Virus record (IMG/VR): IMGVR_UViG_3300042565_002416
Span: 1-62,619 of that record
Strand: one strand, 5' to 3'
Source of the DNA: a virus
Taxonomy: Duplodnaviria; Caudoviricetes
DNA: 62,619 nt
Both the position numbers and the translations under genes were made by a program. Positions 22,057 through 32,525 of the stretch are shown here, piece by piece. The stretch's first letter is position 1. Each line of letters begins with the position of its first letter. The notes under the pieces were generated by a model that saw only the letters and a list, made by a program, of their open reading frames with translations, searched no databases and had not been told where the DNA came from.

Positions 22057-22746
22057 ATGATATACGGAACACCGACAACAGTTACAAATGGATTAGTATT
22101 ATATTTAGATGCAGCTAATTCTATTTCATATGTATCAGGTAGTACAATATGGAGAGATATTAGTGGTAATAATAATAATGGTACGTTAACTAATGGACCA
22201 ACATTTAATAGTAATAATGTGGGGAGTATTGTGTTTGATGGGGTGAATGATCGTATAGATCTTCCAAATGCAACATCTTTATGGACTTCAAATTTCACTA
22301 TTAATTTTTATATAAAAAGCAACCTACTTGGAAACCAATTTATATTCTCTAATGGAAGCTATGGGTCAGCTGCCACTAATATTTGGTTTAATGGCGGAGC
22401 GTTAAATCAGTTTAGTGTACATCTTCGTAGAACTGATGGGACTGGAGCTGTAGGGTATATTTTTACTCTACCAGCATTATATAATATTTTAGGTTACTAC
22501 TCAATAGTTTATAACGTAGGAGATAATACATTAAAACTACACCAAAATTCAAGTTTAGTGGAAAGTAAAAATACATCATTAGTAGACCCATCGTGGATGC
22601 CAAATGGTTGGAGGATAGGAAATTCTGATGGATGGACTAGTGTTAATGGTAACATATATAATTTCTCAATATACAACCGAGCACTCTCACAACAAGAAAT
22701 AACACAAAACTATAACGCAACAAAATCTCGTTTTAATCTATCATAA
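22057..22746 (+). CDS. LamG/concanavalin A-like domain virion protein
   Basis: GLVLYLDAAN N-cap, FDGVND, YNRALSQQEITQNYNATKSRF. Confidence 0.8.
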   Translation: MIYGTPTTVTNGLVLYLDAANSISYVSGSTIWRDISGNNNNGTLTNGPTFNSNNVGSIVFDGVNDRIDLPNATSLWTSNFTINFYIKSNLLGNQFIFSNGSYGSAATNIWFNGGALNQFSVHLRRTDGTGAVGYIFTLPALYNILGYYSIVYNVGDNTLKLHQNSSLVESKNTSLVDPSWMPNGWRIGNSDGWTSVNGNIYNFSIYNRALSQQEITQNYNATKSRFNLS

Positions 22747-22785
22747 TTTTAAAACAAGCCATATTTATATAAAAAATAATAACAT

Positions 22786-23139
22786 ATGGCAGTACAAGTA
22801 ACAGGATTATTTCAAAATCCAGCAACAGGTTTGATTTACCAATCACCTTTATTAACATTAGTACCTCATTTAGAATATGCGGGTATTATTAATATGGATG
22901 TTCACATTGAAGGTAATGGAACAGTCCCTTATTCAAATGTAGATAGAACTACATTAACTTACAATACGGAAATTACTGATCCGTATAATCAATTAATTGA
23001 TGCGTTGGAAACAATGGTTATTAACAACCTTAAAGACGCTAACGAAATTAATCAAGGATCAACATTTGAAAAGACAGTTTCATTCCTAACAGAAATAAAT
23101 GAGGGAGAAAATCCATTTTCAAATGAGGAAGATAACTAG
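22786..23139 (+). CDS. Hypothetical protein
   Basis: 117-aa ORF after a TATTTATA motif. Confidence 0.6.
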   Translation: MAVQVTGLFQNPATGLIYQSPLLTLVPHLEYAGIINMDVHIEGNGTVPYSNVDRTTLTYNTEITDPYNQLIDALETMVINNLKDANEINQGSTFEKTVSFLTEINEGENPFSNEEDN

Positions 23140-23785
23140 AATTGTATTTCATTGTACAGGTGGTGCTCAATCCCAAACATTACAATCAATCCAAAATCAT
23201 TGGAGGAATGTGATGGGATGGAACTCGCCAGGTTATCACCATCTTATTATGCCTGATGGTACAATTCATAACTTACAACCAATTGAAAGACCATCAAATG
23301 GTGCCGCTGGTTTTAACGCCAATAGCATTCATATTTCATATGTTGGTGGTGTAGATTCCAATGGAAGAATATCTGATAACAGAACACCTCAACAAAGGGA
23401 AGAAATGAAAAAATTGGCTATAAGATATTATCAATTATATCCAAATGCTGATTTTATTGGTCATAGGGATTTATCGCCTGATAAGAATAGAGATGGTGTA
23501 ATAAGTCAAAATGAGTGGGTTAAAGCATGTCCATCATTCTCAGTTAAACAATGGTTAATTGATGAAAATATAATGGTAAATGTAAAACAACCAATTGTTA
23601 AGAAATCAATTAATACGAATGGTGGTAGTTTAAATATACGTTCAACCCCATTAATAGGTAATAATATAATTGGAACAATTCCTAATGGAATATCTGTAAT
23701 AGTGTTGGGTGTATCAGGTACATTTACTCAAGTTCAGGTAAATGATAAATTAATTGGATATGTGTCTAGTCAATTTATAAATTAG
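23123..23785 (+). CDS. N-acetylmuramoyl-L-alanine amidase (Amidase_2, T7-lysozyme-like) with C-terminal SH3b; endolysin
   Basis: IVFHCT, GYH, GHRD, KACPSF Zn-ligand motifs; LNIRS.P...GYVSSQFI SH3b. ATG at 23123 is preferred over the listed start at 23099. Confidence 0.9.
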   Translation: MRKITRIVFHCTGGAQSQTLQSIQNHWRNVMGWNSPGYHHLIMPDGTIHNLQPIERPSNGAAGFNANSIHISYVGGVDSNGRISDNRTPQQREEMKKLAIRYYQLYPNADFIGHRDLSPDKNRDGVISQNEWVKACPSFSVKQWLIDENIMVNVKQPIVKKSINTNGGSLNIRSTPLIGNNIIGTIPNGISVIVLGVSGTFTQVQVNDKLIGYVSSQFIN

Positions 23786-23860
23786 GGTTTTAAACTTTCA
23801 ATTTTAAGGTATTTATGATTAACAACCTCATTAGCTAATTTAATGGGATTTTAAACTTAT

Positions 23861-26800
23861 ATGAGAATAGAAAATGGTAATTTAAACGTAAACGGAACAA
23901 CTAAAATTAATCAGTTGTTTGACTATGTTAATTCATCGGGAATAACAGGTCAAGTATTAACATCTGTTCCAAGTGGTGTTCAATGGAGTAATGTGGACGC
24001 TGTAATAACTGGTAGTACAACAGGTAAACTAAATATATCTGATTTTAATTCATTTACAGCATCAACTTTACCGAGCACATATTTTAGACAAAGTGGGAAT
24101 ACATTTGGTGTAACAGCTATATTAGGTACTAATGATAGTCAGGCTTTAAGTTTAATAACTTCAGGAACTTCTAGATTACTTATAACAAACACAGGAAGTG
24201 TTTCAGTACCAGGTACAATTAATGGATTATTAATTAGTAGAGGAAATGGTAATGTAGATACTAATATATCAATTGGAGCTACAACTAATTTTAGTAGTTC
24301 AGCAACTGGTACACATAATTTTGCTGCTGGAAATTTAGCTTTATCTAAACTCACATCCGGAAACCATAACACAGCATTAGGTTTAAATGCTTTAAGTAAT
24401 AATACAACCGGAAACCATAACACAGCAATTGGACAAGCTACTTTATTTACTAACACATCCGGAAACCATAACACAGCATTAGGTTTAAATGCTTTACGAC
24501 TTAATACAACCGGAGCTTATAACACAGCGATTGGAAATGGATCTTTAGAAAATAACGACACCGGAGTTCATAACACATCAATTGGAAGTCAAGCTTTACG
24601 ATATAACACAACCGGAGGTAATAATACTGCAATTGGAAATCAAGCTTTACGATCTAATACAACAGGTAACAATAATACTGCAATTGGTCTTGCTTCTTTA
24701 TTTACTAACGACACCGGAAACCATAACACAGCAATTGGATATTATTCATTACGATATAACACAACCGGAGGTAATAACACAGCAATCGGTTTTAGATCTT
24801 TAAAAAATAACACAGCCGGAAATTATAACACAGCAATTGGATATAGATCTTTAGAAAATAACGACACCGGAACCCATAACACCGCAATTGGAAAATATGC
24901 TTTACAAAGTAATACTACAGGCTATAATAATACAGCAATAGGAAATGCTGCTTTACGTTCTAACACAGCCGGAAATTATAACACAGCATTTGGTTTTCAA
25001 GCTTTATTTACTAACGACACCGGAAACCATAACACAGCAATTGGAAAATATGCTTTACGACTTAATACAACCGGAGCTTATAACACCGCAATTGGAAAAT
25101 ATGCTTTACAAAGTAATACTACAGGCTATAATAATACAGCAATAGGAAATGCTGCTTTACAAAGTAATACTATAGGTACACATAATACCGCAATAGGTCT
25201 TAATACTTTACGATATAACACAACCGGAGGTAATAACATAGCAATTGGATATAGATCTTTAGAAAATAACGACACCGGAGTTCTTAACACAGCAATAGGA
25301 CAAAATGCTTTACGATATAACACAACCGGTGTAAGTAACGCAGCAATTGGAAATCAAGCTTTACGATCTAATACAACAGGTAACGATAATACAGCAATTG
25401 GAAATGAATCTTTACAAGCTAATACAACCGGAAACCATAACACAGCAATTGGACAAGCTACTTTATTTACTAACACATCCGGAAACCATAACACAGCATT
25501 AGGTTTAAATGCTTTACGACTTAATACAACAGGTTCTAATAACATAGCAATTGGAAATGAATCTTTATATTCTAATACAACAGGTACTAGTAATACCGCA
25601 ATAGGTCTTAATACTTTACGAGCTAATACAACCGGAGGATATAACACAGCAATAGGTAGAGAAGCTTTAAGATATAACACAACCGGATCATCTAACACAG
25701 CAATTGGATACAATGCAGGAAGATTTATAGCGGATGGCTCAACAGCAAATGCAATAACTGATAACTCAATATTCATAGGAAGAAATACTAGAGTATTAGC
25801 AAATAATCAAACAAACCAAATTGTAATTGGTGATAGTGCTATAGGATTAGGAAGTAACACAGTAGTATTAGGAGATACTAATATAACTACAACAGCACTA
25901 AGAGGTAATGTAGGTATAGGAACATCAACCCCTTCACAAAGATTAGACGTTAATGGTGATGTTAGAATTAGAGGTGATATATTTGATAGTACAAATACTA
26001 GTGGTACAACAGGACAAGTTCTTACTAGTACTCCAAGTGGTATTCAATGGAGTAATGTAGATGCTGTAATAACTGGTAGTACAACAGATAAACTAAATAT
26101 ATCTGATTTTAATTCATTTACAGCTAATACTTTACCGAGCACATATTTTAGACAAAGTGGAAATACTTTTGGTGTAACAGCTTTATTAGGAACTAATGAT
26201 AATCAAGACTTAGCTTTTGAGACGAATGGAACTGTTAGAATGTCTGTTTTAAGTGGTGGTAATGTAGGTATAGGTACTAATAATCCATCCACTAAATTGA
26301 ATGTTAAAGGGGATTCTGGTGACATAATAAGATTTGAGGATACAGGGGGTGTTGCAGGGGTACTTGGAGCAACAGGTAGTGGTATAAATAGGATGTATCT
26401 AGGATACGGTGCTGAACATTTAAGTATCTTTTCTAGTGGTAATATAGGTATAGGAACAACATCTCCAACTTCAAGACTTCAAGTTAAAGGGGGTGGTTCC
26501 ACATCATCCACAACAGGATTAAGGGTTGAAGATAGTAACGGAATATCATCTTTGGTTATTAGAGATGATAGAAGAATAGGTATGGGTGTTGATAACCCTA
26601 GCACTCAATTACATATTAGTGGAACTTCATTAAGTAACCCATTATTGATAAACACAAGTGGTGGTACAACTGGTTTAGTAGTTAATAATAGTGGTAATGT
26701 AGGTATAGGAACAACATCGCCATCACACTTATTGGATGTACATGGGAATGCTAGGGTAATGGGTAATGGTTTAAATACTTATTTTAGAATACAATCAGAC

Positions 26801-28999
26801 GCATCAAACAGAGAATCCAGAATATTATTTATTAATCACGCTCAAAGATTTAATGTTGGAATACCTGCCAATACTAATAATTTTTCAATACAAAGTTCTA
26901 ATGGTGGAACACCAACATCAATAGGTGTGGATTTTAACACAGGTAATGTGGGTGTTGGTATATCAGATCCAAGTGCCCAATTACATATTAGTGGATTATC
27001 ATCATCATCGTTATTACAGGTTGGATCACCATCTAATTCAAATCTACTGGTTATTAGTGGTTCTAATAATATTGGTATTGCAATGCCACCATCTAATATT
27101 TCAACTTTAAGTATTAGGGCTTTGTCTTCGGCTGGTGGTAATTTCTCTCAAAGATGGTTTGAGCCTGATGGGGTGACTGAAGTTGCTAGAGTGAGAAACT
27201 CATCCTCTGTAGGTTTTGAAGTTTCTAGATTAGGTAATATTGGTACCTCTAACTTGCTTTTAGTAGGTAATCCAGGTATTATAATAAATCACGGTAATGG
27301 TAATAATGGTAGTATTACTTTAGGTGATACAACATCAACTGATTTTACCGTACCATTAGGAAGTGGTAATATAACTAATGTAGCCATATCAAGACCATTC
27401 AATCTTATTTCGGGTTCAAGTAATAATAATTTAACAGGTTTATTAATAAATAATATTGTTAATTCAACCGGGTCTACTAATACAACATATAAAGCACTAC
27501 ATATAAGACCAACAGTACACCCTTCGGTATCTTTATATAATTCAATCGAAACCGAATCGGGTAATGTAATATTTAATGGTGGTAACGTTGGACTTGGTGT
27601 GACAACACCATTAGCGGAATTACATATTAGTGGAACATCGGCATTTAATCCATTATTAATTAATACTAGTGGTGGAACAACTGGTTTAGTGGTTAATAAT
27701 ACAGGTAATGTAGGTGTTGGTACTAATACTCCAGTACAAAATCTTGAAGTAATAGGAACAAGTTACTTTAGTGGAAGAATGGGGATAGGAGCATCTTATC
27801 CTAGTAACTCAGTTGGTCTTGCAGTCACAAGTCAAATTACAGGAAGTGTTATTGCTTATGGAATAGCCCAAAGAGGATACGTGCAGAATGATGTTACATT
27901 ATATGCTGGCGGTATTCAAAGTCAACTTAATAAAACAGGTGCAGGAACTTTACCTGCATATTATAATTTCTTAGTAAATGGTGGTGGGTCTATTGCTGGT
28001 TCAGTTACTAGTCAGATGGGTTATACTGTGTTATCTAACTTTACTGAGGCCACAAACAACTATGGATTTTACGGAGATTTAGCTTCCGCAACAGGAGTTT
28101 GGAACCTTTATATGAATGGTACTGCTGATAATTATTTAGCTGGAAGATTAGGTATAGGAACAACATCTCCAACAGCTCGTTTACAAGTTAAAGGTGCTGG
28201 TGCTACATCATCCACAACAGGATTAAGGGTTGAAGATAGTAACGGAATATCATCTTTGGTTATTAGAGATGATAGAACAATAGGTGTTGGTATTGATAAC
28301 CCAAGTGCTCAGTTCCATATTTCCGGTAATACATCATCAAGTAATCCATTATTAGTTAATACTAGTGGCGGTACTGTTGCGTTATCTGTTAATAATTTAG
28401 GTAATGTTGGTATAGGTACTAGTACTCCTAGTGCTAGATTTCAAGTTAGAGGTTTAGGTGATAGCTCAATTTGGATAACTAGTGAGGATTTTAATGCAGG
28501 TACAAATACAGGTACAGTAGTTAGATTAGGAACTACAAACTCAACAGGTAATAGCGCTGGAACGATTGATGTACTAAACTCAGGTATTTCTGGATTAAGC
28601 GGAAACTTAACATTAGCTAGGTTCGGTGGTAATGTAGGTATAGGAACATCAACACCAGCATTTACATTAGACGTTAATGGAACAGCAAGAGCTACAACAT
28701 TATTAGAAACATCATCCGAAAGATATAAAATAAATATTATACCATTACCAAGTCAATTAGATACCATTAATAAATTAAACCCTGTTACATTTAATTGGAA
28801 AGATGAAACAAAAGGAAATGGGATACAATATGGTTTAATCGCTGAAGAAGTACTAAACATAATACCTGATGCGGTTGAAACCAATGATGATGGAACAGCT
28901 GAAGCTATTTCATATACAAAATTAGTTCCAATTTTAATAAAAGCCGTTCAAGAACTTCAAATGGAGGTAAATGAACTAAAAGAAAAATTAAATAAATAA
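23861..28999 (+). CDS. Tail fibre with 17-aa NTTGxxNTAIGxxAL repeats and a C-terminal peptidase S74 intramolecular chaperone
   Basis: About 28 51-nt repeats at about 24300-25720; SSERYK...GLIAEEV...YTKLVPILIKAVQEL. Confidence 0.85.
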   Translation: MRIENGNLNVNGTTKINQLFDYVNSSGITGQVLTSVPSGVQWSNVDAVITGSTTGKLNISDFNSFTASTLPSTYFRQSGNTFGVTAILGTNDSQALSLITSGTSRLLITNTGSVSVPGTINGLLISRGNGNVDTNISIGATTNFSSSATGTHNFAAGNLALSKLTSGNHNTALGLNALSNNTTGNHNTAIGQATLFTNTSGNHNTALGLNALRLNTTGAYNTAIGNGSLENNDTGVHNTSIGSQALRYNTTGGNNTAIGNQALRSNTTGNNNTAIGLASLFTNDTGNHNTAIGYYSLRYNTTGGNNTAIGFRSLKNNTAGNYNTAIGYRSLENNDTGTHNTAIGKYALQSNTTGYNNTAIGNAALRSNTAGNYNTAFGFQALFTNDTGNHNTAIGKYALRLNTTGAYNTAIGKYALQSNTTGYNNTAIGNAALQSNTIGTHNTAIGLNTLRYNTTGGNNIAIGYRSLENNDTGVLNTAIGQNALRYNTTGVSNAAIGNQALRSNTTGNDNTAIGNESLQANTTGNHNTAIGQATLFTNTSGNHNTALGLNALRLNTTGSNNIAIGNESLYSNTTGTSNTAIGLNTLRANTTGGYNTAIGREALRYNTTGSSNTAIGYNAGRFIADGSTANAITDNSIFIGRNTRVLANNQTNQIVIGDSAIGLGSNTVVLGDTNITTTALRGNVGIGTSTPSQRLDVNGDVRIRGDIFDSTNTSGTTGQVLTSTPSGIQWSNVDAVITGSTTDKLNISDFNSFTANTLPSTYFRQSGNTFGVTALLGTNDNQDLAFETNGTVRMSVLSGGNVGIGTNNPSTKLNVKGDSGDIIRFEDTGGVAGVLGATGSGINRMYLGYGAEHLSIFSSGNIGIGTTSPTSRLQVKGGGSTSSTTGLRVEDSNGISSLVIRDDRRIGMGVDNPSTQLHISGTSLSNPLLINTSGGTTGLVVNNSGNVGIGTTSPSHLLDVHGNARVMGNGLNTYFRIQSDASNRESRILFINHAQRFNVGIPANTNNFSIQSSNGGTPTSIGVDFNTGNVGVGISDPSAQLHISGLSSSSLLQVGSPSNSNLLVISGSNNIGIAMPPSNISTLSIRALSSAGGNFSQRWFEPDGVTEVARVRNSSSVGFEVSRLGNIGTSNLLLVGNPGIIINHGNGNNGSITLGDTTSTDFTVPLGSGNITNVAISRPFNLISGSSNNNLTGLLINNIVNSTGSTNTTYKALHIRPTVHPSVSLYNSIETESGNVIFNGGNVGLGVTTPLAELHISGTSAFNPLLINTSGGTTGLVVNNTGNVGVGTNTPVQNLEVIGTSYFSGRMGIGASYPSNSVGLAVTSQITGSVIAYGIAQRGYVQNDVTLYAGGIQSQLNKTGAGTLPAYYNFLVNGGGSIAGSVTSQMGYTVLSNFTEATNNYGFYGDLASATGVWNLYMNGTADNYLAGRLGIGTTSPTARLQVKGAGATSSTTGLRVEDSNGISSLVIRDDRTIGVGIDNPSAQFHISGNTSSSNPLLVNTSGGTVALSVNNLGNVGIGTSTPSARFQVRGLGDSSIWITSEDFNAGTNTGTVVRLGTTNSTGNSAGTIDVLNSGISGLSGNLTLARFGGNVGIGTSTPAFTLDVNGTARATTLLETSSERYKINIIPLPSQLDTINKLNPVTFNWKDETKGNGIQYGLIAEEVLNIIPDAVETNDDGTAEAISYTKLVPILIKAVQELQMEVNELKEKLNK
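24300..25720 (+). repeat. Coding tandem array of 51-nt units
   Basis: Recurrent ccggaaaccataacacagca; 24401-24510 is identical to 25421-25530 (offset 1020 = 20 x 51). Confidence 0.9.
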
Positions 29000-29022
29000 A
29001 AGATTTGTATTTATAGTTATAT

Positions 29023-32000
29023 ATGGCACAATTAAGATCGACTTTAATAACAGGCTCAACCCATGAAAATCTATTAAATATTAATTCACCTATTCTATCT
29101 AACATATTAACAGTTAGTGGATCAGGTGTTGTTAATATTAACGGTTTTTTCAAAACAAATTATATTTATGATATAACTAATACGACAGGTTCTACAGGTC
29201 AAGTATTATCAACAACAAATGCTGGGGTACAATGGGTGACAGCATCTTCTCCAGGTGGTGGAGGTGGTGAAGGTATATTCACATCAGGAACTACACTTGG
29301 TTCATCATTAAGAAAAGATAGTGGTAACATAGTTAGTGGACAATATTCAAGTGTTTTAGGTGGTAGAACTAATACAGTGTCAAGTCCCTGTTCATCCATC
29401 GTTGGTGGTTTTAGTAATTTAATATCTGGTGGAACATCATTTATAGGTGGTGGTTGTGGAAATACCGCCAATGGGGATTGTTCGTTTATCGGTGGTGGTT
29501 TATTTAATACAGCATTAGGTTATCGTTCAGCTTTGGTTGGTGGTTTTAATAATACATCATTAGGATTTCACTCATTTGTTGGTGGTGGTAGTTCCAATAC
29601 CGCTTCTAGTTATGCATCATTTATTGGTGGTGGTTATTTTAATACATCGTCTGGTTTATATTCATTTATTGGTGGTGGTTTTACTAATACAGTGTCAAGT
29701 CCCTGTTCATCCATCGTTGGTGGTTTTAGTAATTTAGTAACAGGTTCAACATCATTTATAGGTGGTGGTTCTTGTAATACAGCTTCAGGTAATATTTCAA
29801 CCGTATCGGGAGGATATCGTAATACAGGGTCAGGTAATGGTTCATTTGTTGGTAGTGGTTTTTTTAATACATCTTCAGGGTTATCTTCATTTATTGGTGG
29901 TGGTGATTTTAATTTGGTTTCAGGTAATTACTCAACAATTGGTGGTGGACTTTGTAATAGGACAACATTTAATTACTCAACAATTGGTGGTGGTAGAGAT
30001 AATATTTTAGATGGTTATGATAGTTTAATAAATGGTGGTGTTGGTAATTATATATTAAATAAGAAATCGTCTATTGGCGGTGGTTTAATGAATATTATTG
30101 CCTCAGCAACAACATTTTCAGCGTATTGGGATAATACATATTTAAATATCAATACCGATGTGTCAGCCCAATTTACTTCAGGTGATGATATAAGAGTGTT
30201 TAATTTTATAGATGACACACATTTTGTAACAACAGTTTCAAATTCATATTTTAATATAGGTAATGGTTGTACAGAACTAACATTAAATACCCCAATTGGT
30301 ACTAATAGTAATGCGATATTATTTAATAAATCAACTTCAAGTGTTAGTGGCTGTTATAATGTAATAGGAGGTGGACAAAATAATATATCATACGCTGATT
30401 TTTCAACAATTGGTGGTGGATGTAATAATTTAGCTTCAGGGTTTAATTCAGTAATTGCCGGTGGTGGAAATAATAGGACGACATTTAATTACACAACTAT
30501 CGGTGGTGGTTTTAGAAATACGGTATCCGGTAACTATTCAACAATAGTTGGTGGTAGAAATAATTCGGCATCAGGTAATTGTTCATTTGTAGGTGGTGGT
30601 GCTCAAAATACGGCTTCATCAGGATCAACCGTATCTGGTGGTATTTGTAATAGAGCAACAAACACTAGTTCATTTATCGGTGGAGGTGAACTTAATTTAG
30701 CGACTGGAAATACATCAATTATTGTTGGTGGTTTAAGTAATACAACCTCAGGTAATTGTTCAATTATAGTAGGTGGTGTTGGTAACTTATCACTTGGTGA
30801 TCGTTCATTTATTGGTGGTGGTGCTCAAAATACGGCTTTTAATAGTTCATTTATTGGTGGTGGAAACGGTAACACAGCTTCAGGTAATCATTCAATTGTT
30901 TCCGGTGGTAATACCAATACAGCTTCAGGTGAGTGTTCAACCGTATCGGGAGGATATCGTAGTATAACATTTGGTAGTTTTTCATTCGTAGGTGGTGGAT
31001 TTTGTAATACAGCATCCGGAATTGAATCGGTTGTGGTTGGAGGTGATATAAATAGAGTGTCAGGTATTAACTCATTTATTGGTGGTGGTATTAATAATTT
31101 AGTAACTGGAGGAACATCAGTAATTGTAGGCGGTTCAGGTAATACGATTTCCAACACATTCTCTGTTATAGTTGGTGGTTGTAATAATTTAGCTTCAGGA
31201 ACTTGTTCATTTGTTGGTGGTGGATTTAATAATAGAGCTACTAATAATCTTTCTTTTGTAGGTGGTGGGTGTTGTAATACCGCTTCAGCATCTTTATCTA
31301 TTGTTGTTGGTGGTAGAAGAAATACCGCTTCTGGTTATGCATCATTTATTGGTAGTGGTGGTTTTAATGTAACGTCAGGTAATCAATCATCAGTAGGTGG
31401 GGGTTGTTCTAATACATTAATCGGTGGTTGTTCAACCATAGGTGGTGGACTTTGTAATATAGTATCTGGAGCCTCATCATCTATTTTTGGTGGTGAAAAT
31501 AATAGGGCAAATGGGAATTTTTCATCTATTAATGGTGGTAGATTTAATTTGGTTACATCAGGATCAACAGTTTCTGGTGGTATTCGTAATACGGCTTCAG
31601 GAATTTGTTCAACCGTATCGGGAGGATATTGTAATATAACGTCTGGTAGTTTTTCATTCGTAGGTGGTGGATTTTGTAATACAACGTCTGGCATTGAATC
31701 GGTTGTGGTTGGAGGTGATTTAAATAGAGTGTCAGGTATTAACTCATTTATTGGTGGTGGTATTAATAATTTAGTAACTGGATCTACATCATCTATTGTA
31801 GGTGGTTCAGGTAATACGATTGGTTCTAAATTTTCATTTATTGGGGGTGGTGAAAGAAATACTACTTTATTTGATAATACTTTTATATTGGGTTCAAATA
31901 TTTCAGCTACAACTAGTAATACAATTTTCACTGAATCAGTAAACGTATTGGCCGCAAAATGTCTACCTGGTAATCAAGAAACAGCTATATTAGTAAGGGG

Positions 32001-32505
32001 GTGTGGAACTATTGGCGGTTCGGATTATTTAGATTTTATGAGAGGTGAAAATACCGCAGTTGGTGCCACTAATAATAAAAAAACATTTAGAATAAACAAT
32101 ACCGGTGCCGTTGAAATTATAGATAACACATATACTAACGTAATATTAAATCTTACAGATGCTGGTGTTTTAAGTACACCTGGTGGTGGAACTTCTGATA
32201 TTAGAACCAAAACAAATATAGAATATATTGACGATGATTATACACCATTTATAAATAAATTAAAACCAGTGAGATTTGAGTTTAATGGTAATATTGGTGT
32301 TAAAAGGCATGGTTTTATCGCACAAGATGTTTTACAAATAAAACCTGATTTAGTTTTAGGTGATGGTGATAATGAAAAAGGAACATACGGTTTAGATTAT
32401 GACGGTATATTATCTTTAACGGTTAAAGCGTTACAAGAGGCTAATAGTAAAATAAAAAGTTTAGAAGAAGAAATTATTAATATAAAATCTTTATTAAATA
32501 AATAA
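29023..32505 (+). CDS. Tail fibre with about 50 15-aa repeats and a C-terminal peptidase S74 chaperone
   Basis: Repeat array at about 29320-31910; SDIRTKTNI...GFIAQDV...LDYDGI..LTVKALQE. Confidence 0.85.
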   Translation: MAQLRSTLITGSTHENLLNINSPILSNILTVSGSGVVNINGFFKTNYIYDITNTTGSTGQVLSTTNAGVQWVTASSPGGGGGEGIFTSGTTLGSSLRKDSGNIVSGQYSSVLGGRTNTVSSPCSSIVGGFSNLISGGTSFIGGGCGNTANGDCSFIGGGLFNTALGYRSALVGGFNNTSLGFHSFVGGGSSNTASSYASFIGGGYFNTSSGLYSFIGGGFTNTVSSPCSSIVGGFSNLVTGSTSFIGGGSCNTASGNISTVSGGYRNTGSGNGSFVGSGFFNTSSGLSSFIGGGDFNLVSGNYSTIGGGLCNRTTFNYSTIGGGRDNILDGYDSLINGGVGNYILNKKSSIGGGLMNIIASATTFSAYWDNTYLNINTDVSAQFTSGDDIRVFNFIDDTHFVTTVSNSYFNIGNGCTELTLNTPIGTNSNAILFNKSTSSVSGCYNVIGGGQNNISYADFSTIGGGCNNLASGFNSVIAGGGNNRTTFNYTTIGGGFRNTVSGNYSTIVGGRNNSASGNCSFVGGGAQNTASSGSTVSGGICNRATNTSSFIGGGELNLATGNTSIIVGGLSNTTSGNCSIIVGGVGNLSLGDRSFIGGGAQNTAFNSSFIGGGNGNTASGNHSIVSGGNTNTASGECSTVSGGYRSITFGSFSFVGGGFCNTASGIESVVVGGDINRVSGINSFIGGGINNLVTGGTSVIVGGSGNTISNTFSVIVGGCNNLASGTCSFVGGGFNNRATNNLSFVGGGCCNTASASLSIVVGGRRNTASGYASFIGSGGFNVTSGNQSSVGGGCSNTLIGGCSTIGGGLCNIVSGASSSIFGGENNRANGNFSSINGGRFNLVTSGSTVSGGIRNTASGICSTVSGGYCNITSGSFSFVGGGFCNTTSGIESVVVGGDLNRVSGINSFIGGGINNLVTGSTSSIVGGSGNTIGSKFSFIGGGERNTTLFDNTFILGSNISATTSNTIFTESVNVLAAKCLPGNQETAILVRGCGTIGGSDYLDFMRGENTAVGATNNKKTFRINNTGAVEIIDNTYTNVILNLTDAGVLSTPGGGTSDIRTKTNIEYIDDDYTPFINKLKPVRFEFNGNIGVKRHGFIAQDVLQIKPDLVLGDGDNEKGTYGLDYDGILSLTVKALQEANSKIKSLEEEIINIKSLLNK

Positions 32506-32525
32506 TTATTCTTATTATTAACCAT

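Noticed and set aside
24300-25720. Regular 51-nt repeats resembling a CRISPR array
   Set aside because: They are in-frame coding 17-aa repeats with degenerate units, no unique spacers and no cas genes in the window.
2357-32210. Many minus-strand Pro-rich ORFs (PPPINE...) and short alternative-frame ORFs
   Set aside because: They are antisense or frame shadows of the GGT-rich repeat fibre genes and lie inside or overlap long coding regions.
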